64,000 nt of DNA from an uncultured Bdellovibrionales bacterium. Lineage in GTDB: Bacteria; Patescibacteriota; Minisyncoccia; Moranbacterales; JAKLHP01. The notes beneath the pieces were generated by a model. That model saw only the letters and a program-made list of their open reading frames with translations, was not told the origin of the DNA and did not search any database. The first letter of the stretch is position 1, and each line of letters begins with the position of its first letter. The translations under genes were made by a program, and so were the position numbers. Location of the stretch: contig CAYTRS010000002.1 of the NCBI GenBank assembly GCA_964440305.1, positions 4,048 to 68,047 on the forward strand, in the 5' to 3' direction. Below, piece by piece: positions 10,359-19,463 of the stretch.

Positions 10359-10652
10359 TTATTGTTCGACGATGATTTCGACTTTATCGCCACTTATTTC
10401 CGCGTCTATATATACTTTGTCCGCGTTGCTGATTCGGAGCTTCACCGCTTCGCCCGGCTCCAGAGTGAACTTTCCGGCTTGGGCTTGCACTTCCGACTCG
10501 CCGACCTTGATAATGCCGCTGTTGGTGCGCTTAGCTTTGACAATGAGCTCGCAAGCCTCGCCGACAGAAATATCCGGAAGTTGCACGGCAGTGCCCGCAG
10601 CAGCCACTGTCGCTTCGTTTACGGAAAATTTTGATTTGCTTTCTACTGCCAT
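10359..10652 (-). CDS. Small phage protein (97 aa)
   Basis: ORF track; TTAATTAAT 12 nt upstream of the ATG. Confidence 0.4.
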   Translation of the reverse strand: MAVESKSKFSVNEATVAAAGTAVQLPDISVGEACELIVKAKRTNSGIIKVGESEVQAQAGKFTLEPGEAVKLRISNADKVYIDAEISGDKVEIIVEQ

Positions 10653-10700
10653 AGCATTGTGTTTTTAATTAATCATGATCGTTCAATCGTGATCGATTCG

Positions 10701-11135
10701 CTAAAATTTAGCCTGCTTGCTTTTTGACTTTTCTTTTGTTCTTGCTTCCGTTCCCGCTGATGATTCCGATCCTTCTTCCCTGCCTTTAATTTCCATTTCC
10801 CGACGTTTTAAATCTTCTTCCTTGGCTTTCAACTCGGATTCTCGCTCGGCAAGCGATTTTGTGACGAGAGCTGAAGTTACTTCCTTCGTAACCTCCTGAT
10901 AATCGATGCCGGCGAACGAAGAATTTTCCAGAAATTCCTGTTCCTGCGGATCTTTGGTTTCATAAATGCCGTTTTTGAATTCAATTGTTTTTCCTGGACG
11001 CGTTATTGCGATTCCATTGATAACTTCTGTCACAGTGGGAAGCATCACAATGCTATAGTGCTGGCCATAACGCGTTGCAAAACGCTTGGCCGTTGTTTTT
11101 GATTTTTCGGGCACTGATGTTTTTGTCTTTGCCAT
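10701..11135 (-). CDS. Phage protein (144 aa) with charged C-terminal tail
   Basis: ORF track; immediately downstream of the capsid gene and its stem-loops. Confidence 0.4.
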   Translation of the reverse strand: MAKTKTSVPEKSKTTAKRFATRYGQHYSIVMLPTVTEVINGIAITRPGKTIEFKNGIYETKDPQEQEFLENSSFAGIDYQEVTKEVTSALVTKSLAERESELKAKEEDLKRREMEIKGREEGSESSAGTEARTKEKSKSKQAKF

Positions 11136-11160
11136 ACAAATTAGTTGCTATTTTTTTCTA

Positions 11161-11181
11161 TTAATTAATCGCGGGTCGACC
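11161..11181 (-). promoter_or_regulatory. ATTAATTAAT-containing candidate promoter upstream of the gene at 10701-11135
   Basis: Sense strand GGTCGACCCGCGATTAATTAAT, 24 nt upstream of the ATG. Confidence 0.35.
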
Positions 11182-11247
11182 TTATATCCCGCGAAAACCC
11201 TCAAGGGCTTTCCATTCGGTCAGGCGGGTTTGGAAAGCATGCCCGCC
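11170..11247 (-). terminator. Two GC-rich stem-loops downstream of the capsid gene (ggcggg…cccgcc and cgcggg…cccgcg)
   Basis: Seen directly, 33-110 nt after the capsid stop; no canonical U-tract. Confidence 0.35.
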
Positions 11248-11279
11248 CGACCGAAACTTGAAGGATTATCGAAAAACTC

Positions 11280-12458
11280 TTAGGCAAACTTAACAACTGC
11301 ATGTCGCTCCGGTTGCTCAAGTTGAAGTCCGCATTCCGTCAAATACTCATTGATGTTGGAATCTTCACCAGGCGCCTGTCTGTTTGTGAGAAGTTTCGTA
11401 TCACGATTTGAAAGATATCTGTATGTCAAAGCTTCCATATCCAATCCCACTGCGCTTTTGCCGTACAAATCCCCAGAAAGCAGATCATGCTTAATAATAT
11501 TGAGCGTTCCATGCGGAGAAAAGTATTTGATGATACTGAGCCCGAAGGTTTTCTCTCCCTGCAGAATTTGAAGTTTATCGTGCGCGAAACTGCCGATCTT
11601 ATCTACGACATATCCGGAAGCGAGAAGGTATTTTTCAGAATTTCCATGTGCGAACAAAGTCCTGAGATATCCGTTGAAATCATCGCGTGTCGTCACATTC
11701 GATACTACCTGAGAAATTCTTTGAAAAATTCCGCCAGTGAACCGTTTCGGATGAACACCGCTCATAATAAGTTCTTTCTTACCGAACATGAAAGCACGCT
11801 CCACATCGACTAAATGCTCAATACCCTTTTTTCGGGTTTGATAATCGAAATCACTTTCCTTTGTCCATCCCGTAGTATTGCGCGCGGTTTCAGTGATACC
11901 GATAGTAGTTCGAAAAATTTGGCAATAATTAAGAGCTTCTGCGATGGCCGTAGCCTTTATTTCCCGAATGCTCGCACCTTCCTCGTTGGCATTTCCAATG
12001 ATCCAGATAATATCATTTTGTTGAAGCAATCCTCCACCCAATGCGCTGTCTCCGACTTGGCGCGCCAGTGTCAATGTGTTGGTGTTTACGGCCGTAACAA
12101 GCATAACTTCGCCCGTCGGATTGCTTGTGCCCTGAGTTGACTTCACGCATAACAAAACGTCACCGACACTGAAGTATGATCCATTGGTCACGGCCAGTGA
12201 AGTCGCTCCACCTTGATTGCTTGCCACTATATCCTCGCGTGCTCCGAATTTATCCTCGAACCACTTGAATTCCGGATCTGTCGTTTCTTTTTTCTTAAGT
12301 GCATCGCCTTGCTTTGTCACAGGATCCTTGCCCGCATTCGTGAGAATGGCGAGCATCGGATAGCGAGCCACATCAAGAAGCGAAATTACATCAGCCACGT
12401 CATATTTGCGTGTGGCGCCAAGATTTGCTGTTCCCCTTATTCCATTTGCTGAAGGCAT
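11280..12458 (-). CDS. Putative major capsid protein (392 aa)
   Basis: Size, position directly after the scaffold-like gene, followed by strong stem-loops; no sequence motif I can verify by eye. Confidence 0.55.
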   Translation of the reverse strand: MPSANGIRGTANLGATRKYDVADVISLLDVARYPMLAILTNAGKDPVTKQGDALKKKETTDPEFKWFEDKFGAREDIVASNQGGATSLAVTNGSYFSVGDVLLCVKSTQGTSNPTGEVMLVTAVNTNTLTLARQVGDSALGGGLLQQNDIIWIIGNANEEGASIREIKATAIAEALNYCQIFRTTIGITETARNTTGWTKESDFDYQTRKKGIEHLVDVERAFMFGKKELIMSGVHPKRFTGGIFQRISQVVSNVTTRDDFNGYLRTLFAHGNSEKYLLASGYVVDKIGSFAHDKLQILQGEKTFGLSIIKYFSPHGTLNIIKHDLLSGDLYGKSAVGLDMEALTYRYLSNRDTKLLTNRQAPGEDSNINEYLTECGLQLEQPERHAVVKFA

Positions 12459-12477
12459 ATGTTTTTGTATTATTTTA

Positions 12478-12502
12478 AATTAATTAGTAGGAGGATTCGA
12501 CC
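12478..12502 (-). promoter_or_regulatory. ATTAATTA-containing candidate phage promoter upstream of the capsid gene
   Basis: Sense strand GGTCGAATCCTCCTACTAATTAATT, 20 nt upstream of the ATG. Confidence 0.35.
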
Positions 12503-12512
12503 TGTTTTGAGG

Positions 12513-13427
12513 TTAGACCCCCAAACCTCCCAAGGGACCTTTTGACCCGCTTGTTCCGAAGATTTCTTCGAGGCGGCGTTCTTCCGCGCCCTTGTCTTCG
12601 CCCGGCGAGGTCGGAGCACCCGCTCCTCTCTCAACTTGTGCTTTGGCTTTCTTTAGTCGAATCTTCTCGGTATCGGTAACTTTCGTTTCCCCTTTAACCT
12701 TTCCCGCAAATTCATCCACCTTCGCGCATGCGTCTTTCAATGATATGACCGTTCCTTTTTGAGAGGCGGTATCAATCAGCGACAGCACCAACTCCCTATA
12801 TTCCGGACTGGTTTTTAGAAGCGGATGGTCCTTCTGTGCCTCTCTTATTTCCTGGGTAACAGAATCCCGCATCTGACTTCGCGTATCATAAGTGTTGCTC
12901 ACCATATTTCTTACGGTCACAACCATCCACTCGGCAAATTGCCTAGGTGTCATTTTAGACAACTCTTCATCCGAAGGCACATTGACGCCGTCTCCCAAAT
13001 TTTCATCCTCTTTATCTTTGCTTTTTTTATCTTCAGAATTGGGAGATTTTATTTTGGTTAACGGCTTGTCATCAAGTTCTTCATACATTCGGATCACTTC
13101 TTCACGGCTTTTGCCGTGCCACTTATCTTTTTTATCAGGTGCTTCGCCTTCTTTGTCCTCTTCATCGCCGTCTTCATTTTCGTGATCTTCTGTTCCCTTG
13201 TCAGATTCATCTTCCTCATCATCCTCTTTTGATTTTTCCTTTTCGTCGTTTTTTCCGTCTTCTTCCTCGTCTTCATTTTTATTTTCTTTCGTTTCTGTTT
13301 CAGATTTTTTTATTTCATCATCTTTGGATTTCTCATCAATCTCCTCTTTATTTTCCTTGCCGTCTTTTTCCTCTTCCAAGTTTGTGTTGAGGAGCGTATC
13401 AAGCTCCTTTTTTCTATCTTTATTCAT
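12513..13427 (-). CDS. Putative scaffolding protein (304 aa, extremely acidic/K-rich low-complexity N-terminal half)
   Basis: Composition (EEKDGKENKEEIDEKSKDDE...) and position between portal and capsid. Confidence 0.5.
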   Translation of the reverse strand: MNKDRKKELDTLLNTNLEEEKDGKENKEEIDEKSKDDEIKKSETETKENKNEDEEEDGKNDEKEKSKEDDEEDESDKGTEDHENEDGDEEDKEGEAPDKKDKWHGKSREEVIRMYEELDDKPLTKIKSPNSEDKKSKDKEDENLGDGVNVPSDEELSKMTPRQFAEWMVVTVRNMVSNTYDTRSQMRDSVTQEIREAQKDHPLLKTSPEYRELVLSLIDTASQKGTVISLKDACAKVDEFAGKVKGETKVTDTEKIRLKKAKAQVERGAGAPTSPGEDKGAEERRLEEIFGTSGSKGPLGGLGV

Positions 13428-13456
13428 AAAGCGCTTTTATTAAATTTATATTTTTT

Positions 13457-13477
13457 ATTAATTAATTGGGATCGACC
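13457..13477 (-). promoter_or_regulatory. ATTAATTAA-containing candidate phage promoter upstream of the scaffold gene
   Basis: Sense strand GGTCGATCCCAATTAATTAAT, 29 nt upstream of the ATG. Confidence 0.35.
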
Positions 13478-13514
13478 TTGTTCCAATATTCTTATTTTTT
13501 TGCAGGCTGCAGCG

Positions 13515-13793
13515 CTACTCCCTATTCATCTCGTCTGCCGCTTCGTCCTTTTCGCGAACTGCGAATTCAACCATTGTGAGAACTTTCTCATAAGCATTCG
13601 CATTGGCGCGATGCTGAAGATACTCAGAGGCAATTTCCCCGTCTGTTTTGCTGGCAATATCAAATCCTCTAAGTTCCACGTATTCAATCGCCAGTTCCTC
13701 GCGAATCCTCCCTTCCAGCCACTTCCAACCGGAAGTTCTTATCATCTCCAATACCGCCAATCCCGTTTCGAATTTTTCTTCATTGGTCTGCAT
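13515..13793 (-). CDS. Hypothetical phage protein (92 aa)
   Basis: ORF track; tight spacing. Confidence 0.35.
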   Translation of the reverse strand: MQTNEEKFETGLAVLEMIRTSGWKWLEGRIREELAIEYVELRGFDIASKTDGEIASEYLQHRANANAYEKVLTMVEFAVREKDEAADEMNRE

Positions 13794-13799
13794 AATATT

Positions 13800-14150
13800 T
13801 TATTGCGCTTCTTCCTTAGAATTAGGCTCCGGCTCAGCTGGCAGATCCATCTGAGGACCGCCATAAAGACCGCCTAGTCCCGCACCATTTCCTTCATTGG
13901 CCAGTAAGTCCTGAAAGGTCGCCGCCATGCTCTCGACCACATCATGGAAGCTTGATTTTCCGGACTGATATATTTCTCTTGCGGCGCTCACGATACTTTC
14001 GATTTTTTTCCATTGCACATCCTCATCTTCTTCATTTGCATTATCGGATTTTTGCTTTTTGAGACCGATCTTTTTTTCAACCTCCTGATCCGCGCTTTCA
14101 TCTGCGTTTTCATCAATGACTCCTTTTTCTTTTATTGATTTTGTTTCCAT
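13800..14150 (-). CDS. Hypothetical acidic phage protein (116 aa)
   Basis: ORF track. Confidence 0.35.
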   Translation of the reverse strand: METKSIKEKGVIDENADESADQEVEKKIGLKKQKSDNANEEDEDVQWKKIESIVSAAREIYQSGKSSFHDVVESMAATFQDLLANEGNGAGLGGLYGGPQMDLPAEPEPNSKEEAQ

Positions 14151-14170
14151 ACGAATATTTATAAGATTAA

Positions 14171-14371
14171 TTATGATTTGGATTCTATATTTTCAAGCGT
14201 GATTTTGAGCTTGTATCCCAAATCTATTTTGGAAGACTCTTCACGAGAAAGGTAAACTGTATGCACTCGCCCCTGGTCTTCCTGCAGCGACACGATGCAA
14301 TCACTTCCGCTGAGCGTTTTGCTCAATACGGTAACCGCAACGGACTTTGTCAGGGAATTTATTTTCGCCAT
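14171..14371 (-). CDS. Small hypothetical protein (66 aa)
   Basis: ORF track; short, between portal and downstream genes. Confidence 0.25.
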   Translation of the reverse strand: MAKINSLTKSVAVTVLSKTLSGSDCIVSLQEDQGRVHTVYLSREESSKIDLGYKLKITLENIESKS

Positions 14372-14382
14372 AAATTTATTTT

Positions 14383-16242
14383 TTATTTTATTTTTGATCC
14401 TATAAATGGAATGCGAGACAATACTTTTTTTATAAAACTTGGCTGCGATTGCGGTAGCGTGGGCAGCGATTTTTCAGGCAAGGCCTCCACTTCGGCTGCG
14501 ACGGGCGATTCTTCTGATTTTCTTTCTGTCTGATTTTGTGCCGGCTCCTCCTTTTCTTCGCCGAGGAGTATTGCCCGATAAGCGTCCTTGTCCATTTCCT
14601 CGAGAATCATTTCCTGTATCACTCGCTTGCGTTTTTTCCATTGCTTCAATTCATCGATATTATCTGGATCCGGCTTATCCTGAGCCACTAATTTATCATA
14701 GAGAAGCAGTGTTTGATTCAATCTCATTTGCTGATCCGGCGGCACAACCGGATCAACCGCCACTACGGCATCCACTTTTATTTCCTTATCCGATGATGTA
14801 AATTCCTTGAAACTTACATCATCTCCGACTACGCGATAAAGCTTATCTTCTTCGATAAATTCCTGATTCATTTCAATCAGAATGTTTGCCAGCCTAGTGA
14901 GTGTTTCCGAAAGATTTTGAGCGAATGAGCTCAAGCGCAGATTGCTTTGGCCGATGAGCATTGCCACTTTGCCAAGCGATTCAGTGGATGATTTCGGCAC
15001 GCCTTGGACATATTCGGAAATGGCAAGCGTCTTTTCAATCTCGTCATGGAGCATCCTTTCTTCGTTCACTCCCATAAGAGAAATGTCAGGCAAGCGTTCA
15101 ACCACCACATCATCCATTTTGCGAAGCTCCCATTTTGCGCCGGGAGCGAAAATAATATCGTTTTTTGAGATGCCGGAATCTTTGCGGATTTTAATGACCG
15201 GATCAAGCATCAAAATGACATCATCCATGCGTTGATTCCTGAGATCGGCAATTTCCACGATAGTCGTCTCAACCGGTTCGATATGCCCGATAGCCCACAG
15301 TTCCCAGTTCACCTCATGATCATAAAGATTCAGAAAAATACGGCCGTGATTTACTTCTTGATAGGGATTTTCGTCATTACGCATCAAAATTTCACGGTTG
15401 CCGATCGTAATTAGTTTTCCCTCCTCGAAGTCGTAGCATTCCCATACCTCAATCAGCTTTTCCCGTTCATATTTTTCGCTTGAAACTTTAATGACAGAAT
15501 CGCCTTGCGCGCCTGATCCAGTGCTCTGAATTTGTCCCATCTTTTTGATATTGATGTCATAGCGCTCTTGTTTCCAATCCTCAATCTGCTTCGGCTGAAG
15601 TAAATTTATATTTTTATAAAGAGCATTCTCACCGCGAGCTTTTTCCTCGCGCTCGATCTTTTCCTTTGACTTAAGAACGCGCCGGATGAGCCAAGGGCAA
15701 TCTTCTTCCAAATCTTCAGTTTCGGGAGCGGGCAAAATGTCCCACAGGTCGCAAATCGCAAGAAATGGGTCGTCATGATCGACACTCTCGTCGGTAAGCC
15801 AAGTCACCATAGCGATGCCATTGCCGAAAGTTATCGCCGATTTCACCCACCGCGGAAGCTTTTTTTGGAGCTTCATAATGTCGAAATCATAATTGACAAG
15901 GTCATCCCACGCCTGAATCGATTTCGAATCAACATCTTTTTTCTCGCGTGGAAGTATTCTGGTCTTGCGCTTTGCCGTTACCATGCGGGAGGCCACTGTC
16001 TCCACGATCTGAAATGCAATCGGCGGCATAAGGCGTGTCTGATAGGCATAGTTCACTTTTTCCTGGTAAGCGCGATACAGTTTGTACATGCGAAGCCATT
16101 TTGCGCGATATGGGCGCAAATATGTCTCAGCCCGATTAAACCTCTTTTTCCATTTTTCAATGAGCGCCAATTCGTCGCTGGACGGAAGATATGTTTCATT
16201 GCCTGAAACCCCATCTTTTATTTGTTCATTTGATACCGCCAT
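14383..16242 (-). CDS. Putative portal protein (619 aa)
   Basis: Size and position at the head of the structural gene string (portal, scaffold, capsid order); acidic C-terminal tail. Confidence 0.55.
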   Translation of the reverse strand: MAVSNEQIKDGVSGNETYLPSSDELALIEKWKKRFNRAETYLRPYRAKWLRMYKLYRAYQEKVNYAYQTRLMPPIAFQIVETVASRMVTAKRKTRILPREKKDVDSKSIQAWDDLVNYDFDIMKLQKKLPRWVKSAITFGNGIAMVTWLTDESVDHDDPFLAICDLWDILPAPETEDLEEDCPWLIRRVLKSKEKIEREEKARGENALYKNINLLQPKQIEDWKQERYDINIKKMGQIQSTGSGAQGDSVIKVSSEKYEREKLIEVWECYDFEEGKLITIGNREILMRNDENPYQEVNHGRIFLNLYDHEVNWELWAIGHIEPVETTIVEIADLRNQRMDDVILMLDPVIKIRKDSGISKNDIIFAPGAKWELRKMDDVVVERLPDISLMGVNEERMLHDEIEKTLAISEYVQGVPKSSTESLGKVAMLIGQSNLRLSSFAQNLSETLTRLANILIEMNQEFIEEDKLYRVVGDDVSFKEFTSSDKEIKVDAVVAVDPVVPPDQQMRLNQTLLLYDKLVAQDKPDPDNIDELKQWKKRKRVIQEMILEEMDKDAYRAILLGEEKEEPAQNQTERKSEESPVAAEVEALPEKSLPTLPQSQPSFIKKVLSRIPFIGSKIK

Positions 16243-16568
16243 AATAAAAATAAAATAAGCCGAACCCTTTTAAGAGCTCGGCCTAGTTATTTTCAAGTCG
16301 TGCACATATCGCATCAATGCAAGGCCGAAGCCATAAAAGGATACGGTACTTTTTTTGGCGTCCGCTGACCAAACAAAAAACGAGACTACCACTTCGTGCC
16401 ATCAAAATCCGACCATTGAATTTGGTCAAAAGATTATTGATAACAGAAGTCGTAGCCCCGTCTCGTTTAGTTCCGATAAATCGGAACGCCGTCAGGCGAT
16501 TGCTTTCTGCATTTTTTGTATTTTTATTTTAACAAATGTGATTTAAGCTGTCAATGTCCATTTGATCA

Positions 16569-16835
16569 TTATTCCAAATCTTTCTTCATTTTTTCAAAAT
16601 CTTCTTTGGATATTTCTCCTTTGGCATAACGTTCTTTAAGAATATCCAGAGCGGTATTGCTTTTGTGTCCGTGTTCATCGTGATGATGCCCACCCCAACA
16701 GCCGTGTCCTCCCGCACCACGCACCAAGGCAACAATTCCCCAGATAATCAACCCCCAAAAGACCAACATAAAAATCCAGCCAAAGCCGAAACCTCCACCC
16801 CAGCCCATCATATTGCCCCAAGAATTCCACATCAT
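16569..16835 (-). CDS. SHOCT-domain membrane protein (Gly/Trp-rich N-term, HHHDEHGH, C-terminal [23 protein letters not shown])
   Basis: C-terminal SHOCT signature. His-rich segment. Adjacent to the copper ATPase. Confidence 0.6.
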   Translation of the reverse strand: MMWNSWGNMMGWGGGFGFGWIFMLVFWGLIIWGIVALVRGAGGHGCWGGHHHDEHGHKSNTALDILKERYAKGEISKEDFEKMKKDLE

Positions 16836-17008
16836 ATATTTTTCTTAGATAAAACCCAGTGCCGATTCGCACTTTGCCAATAGTAATACGATTTATTCCT
16901 GCCTTTATTTCATTTGACTGACCGCATATCTTCTAGTAACAAAAGCGGCCAATGGAGTCAGGATTGTCAATTGCAAAACTGGAATCAAGCCAACTTTTGT
17001 ATACAGAA

Positions 17009-17335
17009 TTATTGGCATAATCTCACTGTATTTCCATCTACCAGTTGTAGGGGCATATTTTTCCACAATAACGGAAAAATGAATCCTAAAATTGTCGCCA
17101 GCACTAATGGCATTGCCTTATTTTTTACAATCCAACACACATCTCTTAAGAGTAATCTCATAAGAGCATAGATAATGAGAAAAATAATCACATCACCCAC
17201 TGTTGCTTTCAGATGGACAGAAACTGAATTCAATACGCCGTTGAAATGAGGTTCGTACAGTCCAGTCTGACTCACCTCCCAAATAAAATTAAGGATGAAT
17301 GAAATAACCAAATAGAAGATGGCGGTTTTTTTCAT
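17009..17335 (-). CDS. Small membrane protein (108 aa)
   Basis: Three hydrophobic helices. 4-nt spacing to the ATPase gene. Confidence 0.4.
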   Translation of the reverse strand: MKKTAIFYLVISFILNFIWEVSQTGLYEPHFNGVLNSVSVHLKATVGDVIIFLIIYALMRLLLRDVCWIVKNKAMPLVLATILGFIFPLLWKNMPLQLVDGNTVRLCQ

Positions 17336-17339
17336 CTAG

Positions 17340-19391
17340 CTATTTGTTAACTTTCAGCATCTTGGCATTTATCGCCACAATTACCGTGGAAAGGGACATA
17401 AAAATAGCTCCCACCGCTGGGGAAAGCAAAATTCCGGAACCTGCCAAAACTCCTGCTGCCAAAGGAATGGCGATGACATTGTAGCCTGTCGCCCAAGCCA
17501 GATTCTGAACCATTTTTTTGTAAGTGGCTTTGCCAAAAAGGACCAGCGACGCAATATCTTTCGGATTGCTGTTTACTAAAATTATATCCGCAGTTTCGGC
17601 GGCAATATCTGTTCCCGAACCGATAGCTATTCCCACATTGGCTTGAGCCAGAGCTGGAGCATCATTGATGCCGTCTCCCACCATTGCCACAAATTCGCCT
17701 TTGGCCTGAAGTTCTTTAACTTTCTCTTGTTTTTGATGAGGCAAAACTCCAGCAAAATATCCGTCCAGTTTTAATGCTTCCGCCACGCTTTTAGCCGAAC
17801 TTTCATTATCGCCAGTGAGCATCCACATCTTAATACCCTCTCTCCGGAGTAGTTTAACAGCATCATAAGACTCGTCTCGGATTGTATCAGAGAGATTCAA
17901 GGCACCAACCAAATTTAATCCGTTATTTTCAACCACCACAAATATCATTGTTCCCTCCACCTGATTCAATAAATCTGGGACGAATAATCCAAGTTCTTTC
18001 AGGTAGCCAGGACTGGCAACTATTATTTTTTTATTGTCCTCCATCGCTTCTATACCCTTGCCTTTAATTGCTTTGAAACTGGTCACTTCCAGTTTTCTAA
18101 TTTTCCTATTTTCCGCTTCGGCAATTATCGCTCTGGCAATGGGGTGTTCGGAGTTTTGTTCCAAGGCTGAAGCGATTTGTAAAATTTTGTTTTCACTGTA
18201 ATTATTACCCAAAGCATAAATTTTCTTTACGCTGAAAGTTCCTTTGGTGAGCGTCCCGGTCTTGTCAAAAATTATTGTCGTAATTTTTCTGGAATTTTCA
18301 AAGGCCGTTCTGTTTCTGATTAAGAGTCCGTTTTGAGCCGATAAGGCTGTGGAGATCGCCACGACCAATGGTACCGCTAATCCCAAAGCGTGAGGACAAG
18401 CGATAATAAGGACAGTAGCTGTTCGCTCAATGGCGAAAGCGATATTTTCGCCCAAAGCAAGCCAAGTTATGAACGTTATCGTGCCAATAGTGATGGCAAT
18501 AAGCGTGAGCCAAAAGGCTGCCTTGTCAGCCAAGAGTTGTGTTTTGGATTTTGAGGATTGAGCGTCTTTGACTAGTTTAATTACTTTAGAAAGATAAGCT
18601 TCCTCACCCACTCCTTCCACTCGTATTTCCAACGATCCTTCTTCCGTGATAGAGCCGCCAATAACTTTTGAACCTGTTTCCTTGGAGACCGGCTTGGCTT
18701 CGCCAGTAAGCATTGATTCATTCACGAAGCTCTCGCCCTTAACCACTATTCCATCTGTTGGAATTTTTTCGCCGGATTTTACTAGAATTATGTCGCCTTT
18801 TTTGAGTTCGCTCACATTCACCTCAACTATTTCACTGTCATTTTTCAAATGAGCTTTGTCTGGAATAAGAGCCGAAAGTTTTTCCAGTGCCATTGACGCA
18901 CCCATTACCGACCTCATTTCCAGCCAGTGCCCTAAAAGCATAATATCAATCAGCGTTGCCAGCTCCCAAAAAAATACTTCGCCCTTGAGTCCGAAAGTCA
19001 CCGCCGAACTATATAGATATGCCACAACGATAGCTAGTGAAATGAGGGTCATCATTCCTAGCGCCTTATTCTTAATTTCACTTAATGCTCCAATAAGAAA
19101 TGGACTGCCTCCAAAGAAAAATATAAAGGATGAAATTAAAAACAAGACCCACTGATCGCCTGGAAACTCAATAGAAATTCCCAATAATCCCTGAATAAAA
19201 GGTGAGAGAAGCAGGATTGGCAAAGTCAGAATAAGAGAAATATAAAATTTCCTTTTGAAATTTTCAATAGAATGCCCCGCGTGCTTATTATATCCGGCTT
19301 GATGATTGTGATCTGCATCTTTGTTGTACTCCATTCCGGCCATATTATGTATAGAATGATCCACCTGTTCGTGATTGTGATTATGTTCCAT
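17340..19391 (-). CDS. copB: Heavy-metal (copper) translocating P1B-type ATPase, CopB-like (His-rich N-terminus, CPH motif)
   Basis: DKTGTLT phosphorylation motif, GDGINDAPAL hinge, TGE actuator, membrane CPH motif (IIACPHALGLAVP), His-rich N-terminus (MEHNHNHEQVDHSIHN...). Confidence 0.9.
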   Translation of the reverse strand: MEHNHNHEQVDHSIHNMAGMEYNKDADHNHQAGYNKHAGHSIENFKRKFYISLILTLPILLLSPFIQGLLGISIEFPGDQWVLFLISSFIFFFGGSPFLIGALSEIKNKALGMMTLISLAIVVAYLYSSAVTFGLKGEVFFWELATLIDIMLLGHWLEMRSVMGASMALEKLSALIPDKAHLKNDSEIVEVNVSELKKGDIILVKSGEKIPTDGIVVKGESFVNESMLTGEAKPVSKETGSKVIGGSITEEGSLEIRVEGVGEEAYLSKVIKLVKDAQSSKSKTQLLADKAAFWLTLIAITIGTITFITWLALGENIAFAIERTATVLIIACPHALGLAVPLVVAISTALSAQNGLLIRNRTAFENSRKITTIIFDKTGTLTKGTFSVKKIYALGNNYSENKILQIASALEQNSEHPIARAIIAEAENRKIRKLEVTSFKAIKGKGIEAMEDNKKIIVASPGYLKELGLFVPDLLNQVEGTMIFVVVENNGLNLVGALNLSDTIRDESYDAVKLLRREGIKMWMLTGDNESSAKSVAEALKLDGYFAGVLPHQKQEKVKELQAKGEFVAMVGDGINDAPALAQANVGIAIGSGTDIAAETADIILVNSNPKDIASLVLFGKATYKKMVQNLAWATGYNVIAIPLAAGVLAGSGILLSPAVGAIFMSLSTVIVAINAKMLKVNK

Positions 19392-19463
19392 GATATTTAG
19401 TTTTAATATTTTCCAGTTTTAGTAATTATACCACAGCGGAACGGAGCAGATTGAGAAAAAACA

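Noticed and set aside
12825-13443. Plus-strand Ser/Leu-rich ORFs (12892-13185, 13139-13390, 13198-13443) and the minus ORF 13094-13276
   Set aside because: These are alternative-frame artefacts of the extremely low-complexity (GA/GAA-rich) scaffold gene. The poly-S/poly-K translations are not protein-like.
19392-19463. Possible CsoR/CopY-type operator upstream of copB
   Set aside because: No clear palindrome such as TACAnnTGTA, and no convincing inverted repeat beyond AT-rich sequence.
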